Of a DNA stretch of 64,000 bases, positions 22,165 to 34,896 are shown piece after piece. A program made the position numbers and the translations under genes. The stretch is from positions 21,514,001 through 21,578,000 of the forward strand of contig CM106585.1 of assembly GCA_048013815.1 (NCBI GenBank), in the 5' to 3' direction. This DNA is from Setoptus koraiensis. Its lineage: Eukaryota; Animalia; Arthropoda. How positions within the stretch are numbered: the stretch's first letter is position 1; each line of letters opens with the position of its first letter. Under the pieces are notes generated by a model. It searched no databases. It was not told where the DNA came from and worked only from the letters and a program-made list of their open reading frames with translations.

Positions 22165-22327
22165 TGTTGGAATGCGCTCTGTGCCGTCCTGTGCACATCA
22201 CTATTCTGCGCTATGAACAGAGAGATGTTGCGCTACTATATATAGCGAACGATGCTCTGTGCATGAATTACTTAATAGTTGTACTCTTTACGAGAATAAA
22301 GTATATGCTATTAGTAAAACTCTAACA
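22165..22327 (+). mobile_element. 3' LTR of copia-2 (163 bp)
   Basis: Purine tract AGAGCGAGGGGGG directly before TGTTGGAA; TATATA and AATAAA inside; ends CTAACA. Confidence 0.8.
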
Positions 22328-22393
22328 CCCGTTCATAAAAGACAGGCTCTCCTAAATTAAGATGTAAAACATCTCTTTTTAAAAGAAGGGAGA

Positions 22394-22519
22394 TGTTGTA
22401 TGGAGCCTACTTTTGTGACTGTGCTGCGCACAGATCTTCTGTGCGCAGCACTGCTCATTTATATCCATTCTGTGCGCAACTATAAAAGGCGCGCACATTA
22501 TTAAATAAAACGATACTTA
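22394..22519 (+). mobile_element. 3' LTR of another LTR element, split by the gypsy insertion; last 17 bp at 30263-30279
   Basis: PPT AAAAGAAGGGAGA then TGTTGTATGG; TATAAAA and AATAAA; resumes after the CTTA TSD and ends CTCTTACA at 30279. Confidence 0.7.
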
Positions 22520-22730
22520 TGTTAGAGCTCCGCTCAGATGCTCAGTAATTGTAATTGGCGCACAGTATCTCTGTGCGGCTTAATCCAGCATTGTGCATCG
22601 GCACAGTTTCTGTACTTCATCTTGCACGACTATATAAAGTCGTGCACAACGTTTAAATAAATAACTTTTAGATGGACAAACTAACATGGAGGTTCTGGAA
22701 TCGCACTCTGATTATTGAGAATTCATAAAA

Positions 22731-25700
22731 GTGGATACCAACGAGGTAAACCCCCTCGAGCTTCTAGAAGCAGTGCAGCGCAGCAACATTAAGAAGACCA
22801 GTAAAAGTTTAATTGAAAATATTATTAAAAGTGTTAGAAGAATAGTGGAGTCAGATTCATCAGAAGAAGAATTATCAGACGACGAATTCAACAACGATAT
22901 GGCTGACAACGTACAACAGAATCAACGAAATGACAACGAGGGCGACCACTTCGACCAGGTTGACCCTACTCCGGGAACTAACTTCAAGATGTTAAGAAAA
23001 CCGGAGATGTTTAATGGAGATCCAGAGAAGGCCAGACAGTGGCTCGATGATTATATTTATTGTGCTCGTGTCAATCAGTGGACCGGTACAACTCCCGCGA
23101 TAAGATTTCCTGCTTTCCTAGGTGGAAGTGCGAGGAATTGGTTTTGTGTGGCTATCGAAGGTTCCGACGCGGAACATGATTTCGAAGAAATAAGAGAACA
23201 ATTCAACTGTTGGTTCCTCCCCAGATCCACAAAAGTAATGATAGCGAGCGAATTGGATAAGCGCCGCCAAAGAAAGGACGAACCAGTGTCTAATTTTATA
23301 ATCGATATGCGCCTTTTATGTAAACAATACGATGCCAAAATGCCTGAGGAAGAAGTCGTCGATAAGATACGAAACAGAGTCTTGTCGAGCTTCGAACCCA
23401 ATTTATCGCAAGCTAACCCGAAAACTATTAGGGAATTGGTGGATGCGTGTGTTGCCATCGAAGAAGGTAACAAACGACGAAATGGAAACAACGTGATCAA
23501 CAATAATGTAGCAGCAGTAGTGGCAAAGAACACCAGTAAAACATGCTTTAATTGTGGCGGACGAGGGCATCTGTCGAAGGATTGTCCTTCCCCACCAGGC
23601 GACAACAGCGGTTATCGTGGTAATTCACACAACAAACAAAGATCATCATCGTATAATAATGGTAATTATCGCAATGGCGACAATGGTCGGTCATATAACA
23701 ATACACGTGGTAACCCGAACAACAATTATCGTGCACAGGGCCGAAACATTAACATGAACAACAAACGCATGAACTCCAATTCAACGGATTATCGCCAAAA
23801 CAATAACGCTAATAACCGACAGAATTTTAACTCATTCCGTAACAACGGTCAACGAAATTTCAACAATAGAAACGCCAACAATTACACTAACAACCATTCG
23901 AACGGAGGAAGATTCAACGACAACGGGCAGGCTCAGCCCCATAATAATTACGGAGATAATCAACAAGCAGGATATTCAAGAGATGCTAGACAAACCCAAC
24001 ACAAAAATGTATGCTCTGTAATCAATAAACAACAACCCTTGATAGCTTATATTATGCCTGTACAACCAATCATGGTGACTCCGTTAATTAACAATCAGAA
24101 AGTATCGGCAATCGCTGACCCAGGATCGTCGGTCACAATATTGAGCAAAGGAAAAGCTAACGAACTTGGTCTAGAACTGAAATCTTCCAAAGCAGGAGAA
24201 GGCCTCAGAGTAGCAAACAACGCACCTTTTGGTCTATGTGAGGAAGCGACGGCCAACATTAAATTGATGGTAGACAACAAATCAGTCGAGACAGACTTTG
24301 ATATAATAGTCTCGGACCAGCTGCCAGCAGAAATGCTATTGGGCCTGGATCTTTTAACTCACTTGGGATTAATTGTGGATTGCCCCAGACGAAAACTAGC
24401 GTGTGCATTCACAAATGAAGACAAAGATACAGAAGAAGGAGTATGTTTCTTGGTAGAGGCTATCGACATTCCACCTAGGTCGTCGATGATCGTCGGACTT
24501 GGGGTCAATGGCAAACCGAGGGACGACATTGTAATTAGCCCAATGAACAGAGAAGATGTTCTTCTCATTCCGTACAGCTTGAACAAGGCTAACCACGGAA
24601 GAACGTTCACAACAATAACTAATCCTTCTACGACAAATTTAACGATTAAGGGCGGTGTAGAAATAGCAAAATGGGCTACGTTAGAAGAGAAAAGAAAGAA
24701 ATCAGATGCAGATTTTCACGTTAACGCCATCCAAAAAGTCGACGAGACTATGTCAATAGAGGTAGGCGACCAACTAAATATTACACAGCAAGACCAGTTG
24801 ATCGGCTTGTTGAAAAGCTATAGAGATGTGTTCTCAGACGGTACTAGACTGGGATGTACGACTGGGTTTCAACACAAAATAGAGTTGAATGACCCAACGC
24901 CTTTTAAACACCCACTTCGAAGAATGGCCTATAAAGAGAAGGAATTGATTCAGCGCCAGATTGACCAAATGATAGAGAAAGGGGTAATTCAGGAATCGCA
25001 AAGTCCTTTCGCTAGCCCCATGGTCCTAGTGAAGAAACGAGACGGTTCAATCAGATTTTGTATTGATTTTAGAAAGTTGAACGACCGGACAAAGAAATGG
25101 ATTATGCCTTTGCCAAACCAAGAAGAAATAATGAATGCAGGCACGGGCGCTAATTTCTTCACGACTTTAGATTTAAATAACGGATACTGGCAAATGCAGC
25201 TCGAACCTGAATCTAGACAATATACTGCTTTTAATACAACAGACGGGTGTTGTAGCGAATAGTGCCACACTCAGATTTCCACCAAACTTCACACATGGGG
25301 CCCTTAGGGCCCCCAAACAACGGATTCGCTGGTCCGGAAGTGCGGAAACTTCCGGTTCCGGTTTTACACAAAATTCAAGCTAGAGCTATGGAACTTGATA
25401 TGCAGCAGGATATGAACATTCTGAGTACAATGGAGTTCGTTTTACGTGTGTGCGGCTTCCGGTTGCGGAGATATTCAGGAAAAACCGCGCGGGTATCCCG
25501 CTCGGGACGAAGCATCCGCGCGCACGAGTAAATACGTGCGCCCTAGAGGCTCCGATATGTCGCCACACAAGATGGCACAGCGCTAGATCTGTGCTTGAAT
25601 CATGTTCCGAGGCTTTTAACATTTCTTCTTGTCTCTTACTCTCGTCTATGGTTTGCAGTCATGTGAGCGGAGGGTAGAGGGCGCAGCCCGATACCCGAAG

Positions 25701-28700
25701 CGCTCATCAACCCTACCCGAAGGGTTCCCGTCGCACGCAGTCGTCGCGGGAGCGACGACGGAGATGTGACGGCCTCCAAATTACGAGGCCGCAGGCCGAG
25801 TTCTCAGACCTATCGCAGGTTCATACCCGAGTGCAGCGAAGCTGAAATTCGTCAACTTCCGGTCTTCCAAACCAATAAATATGCCGATATCTCGAGAACC
25901 GGAAGTCGCACCGAGCTGAAAATTATGCCATTGTAGTCAGCGTCCTTTGAAAGGCTAGTATGGTGATTTTCAGACCTCTAGCTCTAACTTGAGGTAAAAC
26001 CAGAACCGGAAGTTTCCGCACTTCCGGACCACTTTTTTCGTTCTATTGAGGTCAATATAAACCTTTACCGAAAGTTTCATCAGAATCTGAGTGTGGCACT
26101 ATTCGCTACAACAACCCAACAGACAACCAATACGAATTCCTACGCATGCCTATGGGTTTAGCCAATGCGGCTGCCAGTTTCACAAAAATGATGAACCTTA
26201 TAATGGCAGGAATAGTGGGTAGACAAGTACATGTTTACCTAGATGACTTAATTATCATGAGTAGAACCTGGGATGAACATTTAGAGAGCCTGACAAACGT
26301 TCTTGATCGGATTAAACAAGCAGGTTTAACAATCAAAATAGCGAAATGCACGTTCGCGAAACATGAGGCAGAGATTCTTGGTCATTTGCTGAGCAAGGAC
26401 GGTATTAAGCCGCAACCCAGCAAACTAGCGGCACTTGAACGGTTGGCTCCGCCAACGAGCGTGGAGCAGGTGAGGCAGTTTCTGGGATGCGCCGGCTATT
26501 ATAGGAAGTTTGTACCCGCATTCGCTTCTATTGCGGCACCACTGACCGACTTGACCAAGAAGAACGAACGGTTCAAGTGGGGTCAAGCGGAACAGGACAG
26601 TTTTGACCAGCTCAAGCAGGCTCTGCTGAACAGCAAAGCTATTGCTTACTTTAGAGATCAAGGAGAATTGATGATAAAAACGGATGCATCCAAGACAGGT
26701 TTTGGTGCAATTTTACTACAGAAACAGGACGGCGATTGGAGAATAGTCGCGACTACGAGCCGACGACTATCCTCGGGCGAGAAATCACTTGGTATTACAC
26801 ATTTAGAAGGAGCAGCACTAGTTGATGCAGTAAAGAAATTTCGGCCTTTCATTTACGGCAGGAAGGTTAGAGTGATAGTTGACCACTGCGCACTGTGTTG
26901 TTTAGCTAAAACTAAGCCCTTAGAAGGTAAATTGGCACGTTGGGCCATAGCTCTTTCCCAATTTGATCTGACCATCGAATACCGTTCAGGTAAACAACAT
27001 TTGGACGTAGACTGTTTGTCACGCCAGCCTGTTGCAGACTGCGACGACAAATTGGATGAAGAAAAGTTTGTGTTCGCTTTAATCCCATTGGAGGATTATC
27101 GCACAGAATATAAATCCGACGAAGAGTGTAAAGCAGCGTTACAACAGATACACCGTGGCGATAATACTTTTAATTTGACAAACGGCTATATATATAGAAA
27201 CGGCAAATTGCTTGTACCGTTAAAGTTTAGAAAACAACTTATAAAGACCTTGCATGCACAAGGGCATCCAGGAGAAAAACAAACAACAGATCTCATTGAG
27301 CGCAATTATACCTGGAACGATCTCAAAGAGAACGTGAAAGGGCAAGTAGCATCTTGCAGCACATGCCAAAAACACAAAGTCCCGAGAGAGAAACCTTGTG
27401 GGTTAATGAACTCTTTCACTCCTCATAGACCTTTTGAAATGCTTTGCCTTGATCATTTAGGACCATTAGACAGCACGAGCAAAAGCAACAAGCACGTCCT
27501 CGTAGCTATTGACTCATTCACAAAGTTTGTCATTGCAGCACCAACACTAACAACATCATCAGAAGAAGTAGTTAAATTTATTATCAATAATATAATCGCG
27601 GTACATGGTGTACCACACATATTATTCACCGATAACGCCAGTGGTTTCACAGCTAAGCTCACCAAAGACGTATGCAAAGCTTTTGGTATCGAGTTAAAAC
27701 ATTCAACACCGTATCACCACCAAGGCAACAGCATTGCCGAGCGCGTTATACAGACATTAAAAGACAAAATCGCAATGGCGATGACCGATATAGATAACTC
27801 CGAGTGGGATGACCATGTTGGCATGGCATGCCTAGCAATTAATGCAACACGACACACAAGTACAAAATACAGTCCATATGAAGCATTGTACGGACGACAA
27901 GTGAGACTACCACGAGAAGCAACTGATATCTCAGACGAAACCGAAGTCTACGCTGAGAACTTGCAAGCACGTCTTGAGTTGATAAGAAGAGATGTAGCTA
28001 TTAGTATAAGCCAGAGCAACGAAACTTCAAGGAAGTATTACGACGCTAAACGACAAGAAAGAAAGTTCAACATAGGCGATGAAGTTATGGTTCACTTTGA
28101 GCCTAAACAAGACGCCAGGCCAAATAAACTTTCGAGTAACTACAGAGGACCATACGAAGTGATCGATGTGAAACCACATGATATTTACAAATTAGATCTT
28201 ATTGGAAGCAAGAAGAAGAAAATTACAATGGCTCATGTTTCTCGCTTAAAGGCATATCGAAGAGACGACGAAACGGATAGTACGCCAGACAGGATAAACA
28301 GCGATGACGTCGAAGTTATCGACCTGGACGCGACGGACGCAACAGAAGGAAGGATAACGAATCAGGAGCAGCCGTTACGCCAATCCAGAAGAAAACAAAA
28401 TTTGCATGCATCATTAGCTCTTATGTTCATCATGGCCATAAGCAGCGCATCCGCAGCTTTAATACTACCACCAACGGAGACAATTATCTGGACAGAAAGT
28501 CAGATCAGACCTGTAAAAGATCTCACTATATTCCAAATCGATTGGGACATTGCTAATCCATGCCAGACTCTTTTCAGGAATATAACATCCGACTCAATTA
28601 TGAACGAGAATTATGTTACTCACTGCCAAGAGAAATTTGATGAAGCGAGAGGGAACTTGGAGAAATTCTGCGATGGTTCCGAGGTTCCCCAACGAGACAG

Positions 28701-30081
28701 AAGATTCATCGGAGAAATTCTATCAGTAGTTATGTCAGGAACGTCCTTAATTATGGTTAATGATATACGCAAGCACGATATCCCTTATTTGAAAGACTCA
28801 GTGCAGGAGGTACATTTATTGATGGACGACCAAAGAGTAAGGACTAACGAATTATTTGCAGAACTGCGCACCGTAAAGAATGCAGTACTACAAGAGCACA
28901 GAGACAATACAGAGAATGCAAAATTAATTAGCGATAAACTCAAGACAGTGAGACATGATCTGCGTGCCAGCGCAGAAGCAGCTTATTTGTTAGCCAAGTA
29001 CTTAGAGAAGGTTCAACAATTGATAAATTTCATGGCTGAAGCGAAGTTCTACTGGCACCACGAAAACAGGATCAGCATCGAACTGTTCGAAATGACTGGT
29101 ATGATAAATGAATACACCGAGGACATTAGACGATTCGGTATTCCTCGTTCTTGTAAAAAGAAAGATGGTAAACTGAGGATGACATTTTCCAGCTTCAAGA
29201 GCGACAAAACGTCAACAATTATGGAAGCTAACCCATTTAAATATTTCAATGGTACGGATGACAAAACATGTATTATGGAATACAACGGACCCTTGTTGGC
29301 TTTAGTAAACAGTACCACCAACTGCTATAAATTTCTGTCTAGGACGGACATCAACAAAGACAACACAGTCCGGACGACTTGCGATGTCAAGCAAGACCTA
29401 GATAAGGCAAAATGGACGCCGACCCAGTGTGGCCGCTACAACAAAACAAACAGTCCAGATCTATTTAAGTACGTGGCCAAAGACGGATACAATCACGTTT
29501 ACTGTTACCCGAGAAGAATAAGGACGGATACTGGCGAGACGCATTGCCCGCATTATCCTTTTAAGATACCAGACGAGTATTCGTTCGCAACAGACACACA
29601 CGTGTACGTTAGTGAAAGACGTCTACTCAAAACAACGACCCTCGATATTGCGGCATCCAAACTAAACTTTAAATTGGACATTTTAGATCTGCCAATTATT
29701 GTTCACAATTTAGACGAACTGAAAATAGTTAGCAACTACTCATTCATGAAACCGATTGAATGGATCAAAGAGTTGCCGTACCAGAATATCAGTTCATGGA
29801 TACCGGACACCACCCAATGGAAATCTATATTCGACATTAATTTCATAGGAAGTTTCCCCTTGATTTATATTGTTTATGCTTTACTTCTTTTGTTCATTCT
29901 ATCGTGGCTCATGCCTTTTGCGAACATTATACTATGGGTACTACGCAGGGCATTGAGACCAGTCAAAATAATTATTGGATGGACTGGAATACTAAAGAGA
30001 AGAAAAGCACACTATGGACGGAATATCCTACCCATCTCATTCCCGAGCAAGAGAGCTAAGAGACCGTTCCGGCTCCTCTAG
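22731..30081 (+). CDS. Single gag-PR-RT-RNaseH-IN-env polyprotein (about 2156 aa once the MITE is removed), interrupted in RT
   Basis: CFNCGGRGHLSKDC; IADPGSS; RFCIDFRKLN; YLDD; TDAS; HAQGHPG...CSTC; TDNASGF; RGPYEV; signal-like LALMFIMAISSASA; furin site RDRR-FIGEIL; TM. ...FNTTD joins NQYEFLRMPMGL in frame. Confidence 0.93.
25245..26116. mobile_element. 872-bp non-autonomous TIR element, GG termini, 8-bp TSD, related to 20729-21677
   Basis: TIR GG(G/T)TGTTGTAGCGAATAGTGCCACACTCAGATT with one mismatch; TSD CAACAGAC at 25237-25244 and 26117-26124. Confidence 0.93.
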
Positions 30082-30604
30082 AGGAAGGGGATGTTAGAGC
30101 TCCGCTCAGATGCTCAGTAATTGTAATTGGCGCACAGTATCTCTGTGCGGCTTAATCCAGCATTGTGCATCGGCACAGTTTCTGTACTTCATCTTGCACG
30201 ACTATATAAAGTCGTGCACAACGTTTAAATAAATAACTTTTAGATTGACAAACTAACACTTAAACTTAGAACTCTTACACTATTCAACGCTTTCCTCTTT
30301 ATTTGCACAATACATCGTTTTATACAGTAAGTAAAGCCGAATATCGATACTACTTTTTACAGGTTCATTGGCATATTGCAGTAGTGATATCATTTCTAGC
30401 TTTGTGAGTTGAGAGCGAAAAATGTCCCTATCAGATAAGTGAATAGAGTACCGAATCAGCGAAATCATGATTACAGTGTTCTTGGCCATGTTACTATCGT
30501 TGTTATATACTGGACGAAAAAAAAAACATGGGAATTGCTACCATTTTTTCTACACATATACATATCCGATTCTCTAGTAGAGGGGCTGCGGACACGATTG
30601 TAAA

Positions 30605-33600
30605 TTAGGTGAGAACTGGATCAACTCTATCGTAGGCACTCCAAACCGACAGTGGATGAACTCTGATCTCTTTGAAGCCGTCAACATCATTCAATTCCTT
30701 CGATCTAAACTTGGCCACAATCAACTTTGTGCCTGAGGATTTTGGTGTAAGCATGATGTTGACTTGGGCCTGTTCATTAACTCCAATTTTGCTGTAACAG
30801 GTAAAAACAGGATGAAAACATTTGCTCATTAATAAACTGTCGTCGATTGATGGTCTTTCAGACAACGAGCCATAATGGGTACTCACCCTTTCACAGGAAT
30901 CTTAATCTGTTTTCCTAGACCCGGCCCCTCCAAATAGAAAACTCCCTTTGTGATTGGTTTTGGGAGCGGATTGGACAGTGTCAGTGTGCATTTAAACGAT
31001 TTTCGTTCTTTGAGTGGCCCATCCACCTGATAGAATCATAATTTAAGAAGGGAGCACCACAAGATAAGATTACATAGCGTTAATATAGTTAGCAGTGACA
31101 TTATCGAGAAAATGTCAAAATGAAGACTTTTCTGTGCGAGCTTACCTGTATTAGGATGTCTGGCATTCTCAATCTGAATGTTTCTTTCTTAAAGAATTCA
31201 TACTCGGTATCTTCAATTCTGGCCAATGCCTGCACTATAAATGAGCTCTGATCGACTAAATGACGTTCATAATCACCGTATTCCAGAGTGACGGTGATTA
31301 TCTCCTCTTGGCCAGGAGTTAAAACGTTGATCTGATTAGTTCGCTTGCAAATGTGTACAATTTGGCCAGTATAAGTTGTAGAGGCTATAACTAATGTTGA
31401 TGGAACAGTGAAGGTTTTTCTAGATGGATTTCTCATTCTTAGAATGGCCCTAAATGATTCGCCGACAACAACATCGTCAGGTAACTGCAGATCAAATCTA
31501 ACACTACCAAACACTTCGTTAATGGTATAACGACTAAATTGATTTTTGCATAGTCTAAGCGCTCTCAGCATAACTTCTCTTTCCTCTTTTGTTTTCTCTT
31601 GATGCTTGTAACGATTTGTTATGTCTTCTCTGTATTGGCTACCCATGGCTTTTGTGATTATGAGTACACCAATAGAGTCTGTTCTATAGGCTAGCAATTT
31701 CAAGGGTTCATCGGGTGTCTCATTGTGCACAATCCATTCGGCTTCGTCGGCGTTCACTTCGGCATACAAGAATTTAGTATCAAAATGTTTAGTTATTTCA
31801 CCGCGTCGACAAGCCTCAACACTGGCTGGCCCCATTTGAAATCGTCCGTCTGATGGCTCTTGTGGGGTGCCGTCGAGCACTTGCCAACCATCGTAGATGC
31901 CCGCTTGAGCCAAATCGGGTCTGGTGAGCCAAACCTCTGTCCAAACGTGGAAATTCCAGACGGAATCGCGTTTAGGCAAAACAATTTGTTGATCGCGCTC
32001 ATCAAACAAATAATCCACTGTTAATGATTGATTTGTATCATGTGCGGAACGATAATTTGTGACCGGACGAGCAGGTATACCTAACGCTCTGCAAATTGTT
32101 GTTGCAACTCCAGCGAATACCCAACATTGGCCATATTTAACAGGCTTTTTCGTCTTGTAAAATTGTTGCAAGATGGCCTTGCTGCCAGTGAAATCGTATG
32201 GATTTGTTCCATGTTTGTAAGCATTTCGTCTGCCATCCTCAGGCCAAAATCCCTGAACTATTCCTGCTTGGGACTTTTCTTCATTGTTGTGGTGCACAAT
32301 TGCCGATATGTGACGAACAACTTTGATTGGATCGCCAGCATCTGAGGCAGCCAGTGAACCTAGATTGAACAATGCCCACACTGAGGCCTCTAAGACATTT
32401 TTCTCATACTGACCAAATACCCAGGCAACGGGCCGTATGCTGTTGTGCGAGCCTCGATAGATGATGCCAGAATCGTTCAAGACATAATCTCTAACGGCTA
32501 CGATGAGTCACATTGCAACAAACAAACAAACAAGCAGAAACGTTGACATGTTATTATATCAAGAAACTTATGACATGTTATTATATCAAGAAACTTATGA
32601 CAAAATTAATTAAGAAAGTAAAAGTAATCTTTTTTTTTGTCGCCTCATGATGTAATACTTGTATCGTATTCGTAGGTGCGTGACTGAATAATCAATTAGT
32701 CGCTTATTATGCGCTAATGAAGCACCTTCGAATCTCATTAGTGCTTGTGTGCTATATGACACGCCAGATGGTGCGTGAACTGTGGTGATAATTTCAACTA
32801 CTTACCTTCTCTGTCTTTGATGTATACAGGATCCTCTGTTTGGTAATGGTTATTCACACACAATCATAGTGAAGATGATTTGTATTTGTTGTTTGTTTGT
32901 ATCCACAACAGATTGTTTGATTGATGGTTAAGCAACCACAACAAAGGCATTAAATCAATGAAATAGTTTTGCATGTGTTGTTTGTTCGATGATTGCACCA
33001 TTGAATGAATATTGTAGAGTTATCATCGGTAGTTAATATTAGTCAACAGATAATTAAATTTTTGTTAGAGTGGGCGTCCAATCATGGTAGTGGTCGTAAA
33101 TAAAGAGTTGATGTTGCATTGTGTTTGTAGTTTTTTTCCAACGATTTTCACATCATTTTTCATTCGAACACAAACGGAACGGGGTATATTGTTTTTTTTT
33201 TTTTTGAAACCAATCAACGAGTCAGGGTCATCCGTCAACGAGGAGATATTGCGAAAATGAATTTAGATTCATTCGTTTTCATAAAAACCAAACGATACAA
33301 CCGATAATGTACCGATACGGTACAGGTCGTTATCAATTAATGATTAATAGATAAGGAATAGACAAATTTTTCAGTTACTTGTTTCCATTCACTATCATCC
33401 GTTTTTGAAAAAAAAAAAAAACATCGAGCTATTGATCATGAATGGCTGAGACGGTCGTATCAATCAAACCCATCATTATAGCTGCTAAGGTTTGATTGAT
33501 TGGAGCCAAAGGAGAACGATTCAAAACTGATAGAAAGATCTCTCGATGCGTTGGCACTCTAATTGATTGTTTTTGGTCAACTCTGACTTCAATTGAACGA

Positions 33601-34896
33601 GCACTCATCAAGTTGCGGGTTAAAATTTCAAAATTCCAAGAGTATCAGATCTCTCTAAGAACTGTCCAATTGAAATCAATTTGTAAATTCCTTCGCTAAA
33701 GGTTACAAAAGGCTTAGTATATACAGAGAAAAAAAAAATGCATTATTGATGACTTACGTTTGCACCACGGATTAAACAAGATAAATATATTCTTTTTGGC
33801 CGTGTGTTTGCTAATCGATCTCTCTAGATGGGTGTCCTTTTTAGATCGAGTATCCACATCAATGGACCATTCACCCACAACAGCCTTGGCCGATGGTGTA
33901 ACCGATATTGTTGCAGTTGCATTGTCAATGGAGGACAACCTTGAATGCCAAGCAGTTTCAGAGGCCAATCCAACAATTAGATGCTCCTCTAGAACAGGTG
34001 TAACAATATGAGTTTGATAGTTCAATTTTTGTGTTGCATTGGCTAATGTAAATGTCAAATTGATTACATCGTCTTCTTTTCTAATTGCTCTAGTGAATGT
34101 TACTTTTAATTTAAATGTTTGTCCTCTTCTCACAACTAATCTAGCTTTCTCATTTGAATCGTCCTTATCAATGGTATTTGTGACAGCAAATGAATCAGTC
34201 CAATGCTCATAACTATTATCTCTTATCATATAGTCGATATTGGAGACTTCCAATGGTACATCATCGTTAATAATGAGAGTTTCGCTAGTAACAATACGCT
34301 CCAGATTGCCCTCAATGTCATCTGATTTGTCCTCTTCAATAGCAGACGTTAGTACAAGATATATTGCAAAAAAAGAAGAGAAATTAAATTGAGAATTGAG
34401 GCAGTAATTACCAGGTATTTAACAAATATTTGCTGTGTGGCATTGGTATTTAAAACATACGATTGTTGGCACGGCGCCAGGGCAACCAACGAGTTATGGT
34501 GGACAAAATTGACCGCTTGCCTCTAGCCTCTTTTTTCTTTTGCAACGCCAAAGTTGATGATTGTGTATTATGAATACTGGCCAGTGAGTTTCGTTTATGA
34601 CGTTCGTGAACATTTCCGGCGCTGGCATCAAGTGTGGCCGACTTTTTCATATTGATCCGTTGACTTATTGGCGCCATCTTGATCAATTCTACTCGTTGTG
34701 TAGTAGACGAAGATAAACAGCTTGTTGTTGGCACCGGTTGTTGGTTATTATGTAAACTATCAACTTTATCACTGCTCTTATTTAGTTTGTTGAATGAATA
34801 GGCACGTTTTCGATGCGGGAATAGATTCACTTTGTTTGCCTGATCGCTCACTGTATGGTCTATGTTTGAGTGTTCATTAAGGCAGCCACTAATCAC
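30605..34896 (-). CDS. Tg: Transglutaminase (arthropod hemocyte type), six coding exons
   Basis: Catalytic YGQCWVFAG, NFHVW and QVLDGTPQE. Exons read by eye: 34461-about 34896 (start codon uncertain), 33758-34333, 32806-32835, 31146-32497, 30887-31026, 30605-30791, all GT-AG and phase-consistent. Confidence 0.93.
32547..32601. repeat. 27-bp direct tandem duplication in a Tg intron
   Basis: gacatgttattatatcaagaaacttat twice. Confidence 0.9.

Larger units (their letters stand above)
9733..22327 (+). mobile_element. Ty1/copia element with env-like ORF (copia-2), degraded and interrupted by three insertions; 5' LTR not visible
   Basis: gag, PR, IN, RT (YVDD), RNase H (DNQSAI...KADILTK), then env pieces, PPT AGAGCGAGGGGGG and a TG...CA LTR; the three empty sites restore reading frames. 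Confidence 0.85.
22520..30258 (+). mobile_element. Full-length young Ty3/gypsy element with env
   Basis: 167-bp LTRs at 22520-22686 and 30092-30258 differ at one base; CTTA TSD on both sides; PBS-like TGGAGGTTC at 22687 (complementary to a tRNA-Gln-type 3' end); PPT GAGGAAGGGGA at 30081-30091. Confidence 0.97.

Noticed and set aside
22686-22718. ATG at the LTR/PBS junction in frame with gag (read-through start)
   Set aside because: Followed by TGA after 10 codons and no supporting signal; probably chance.
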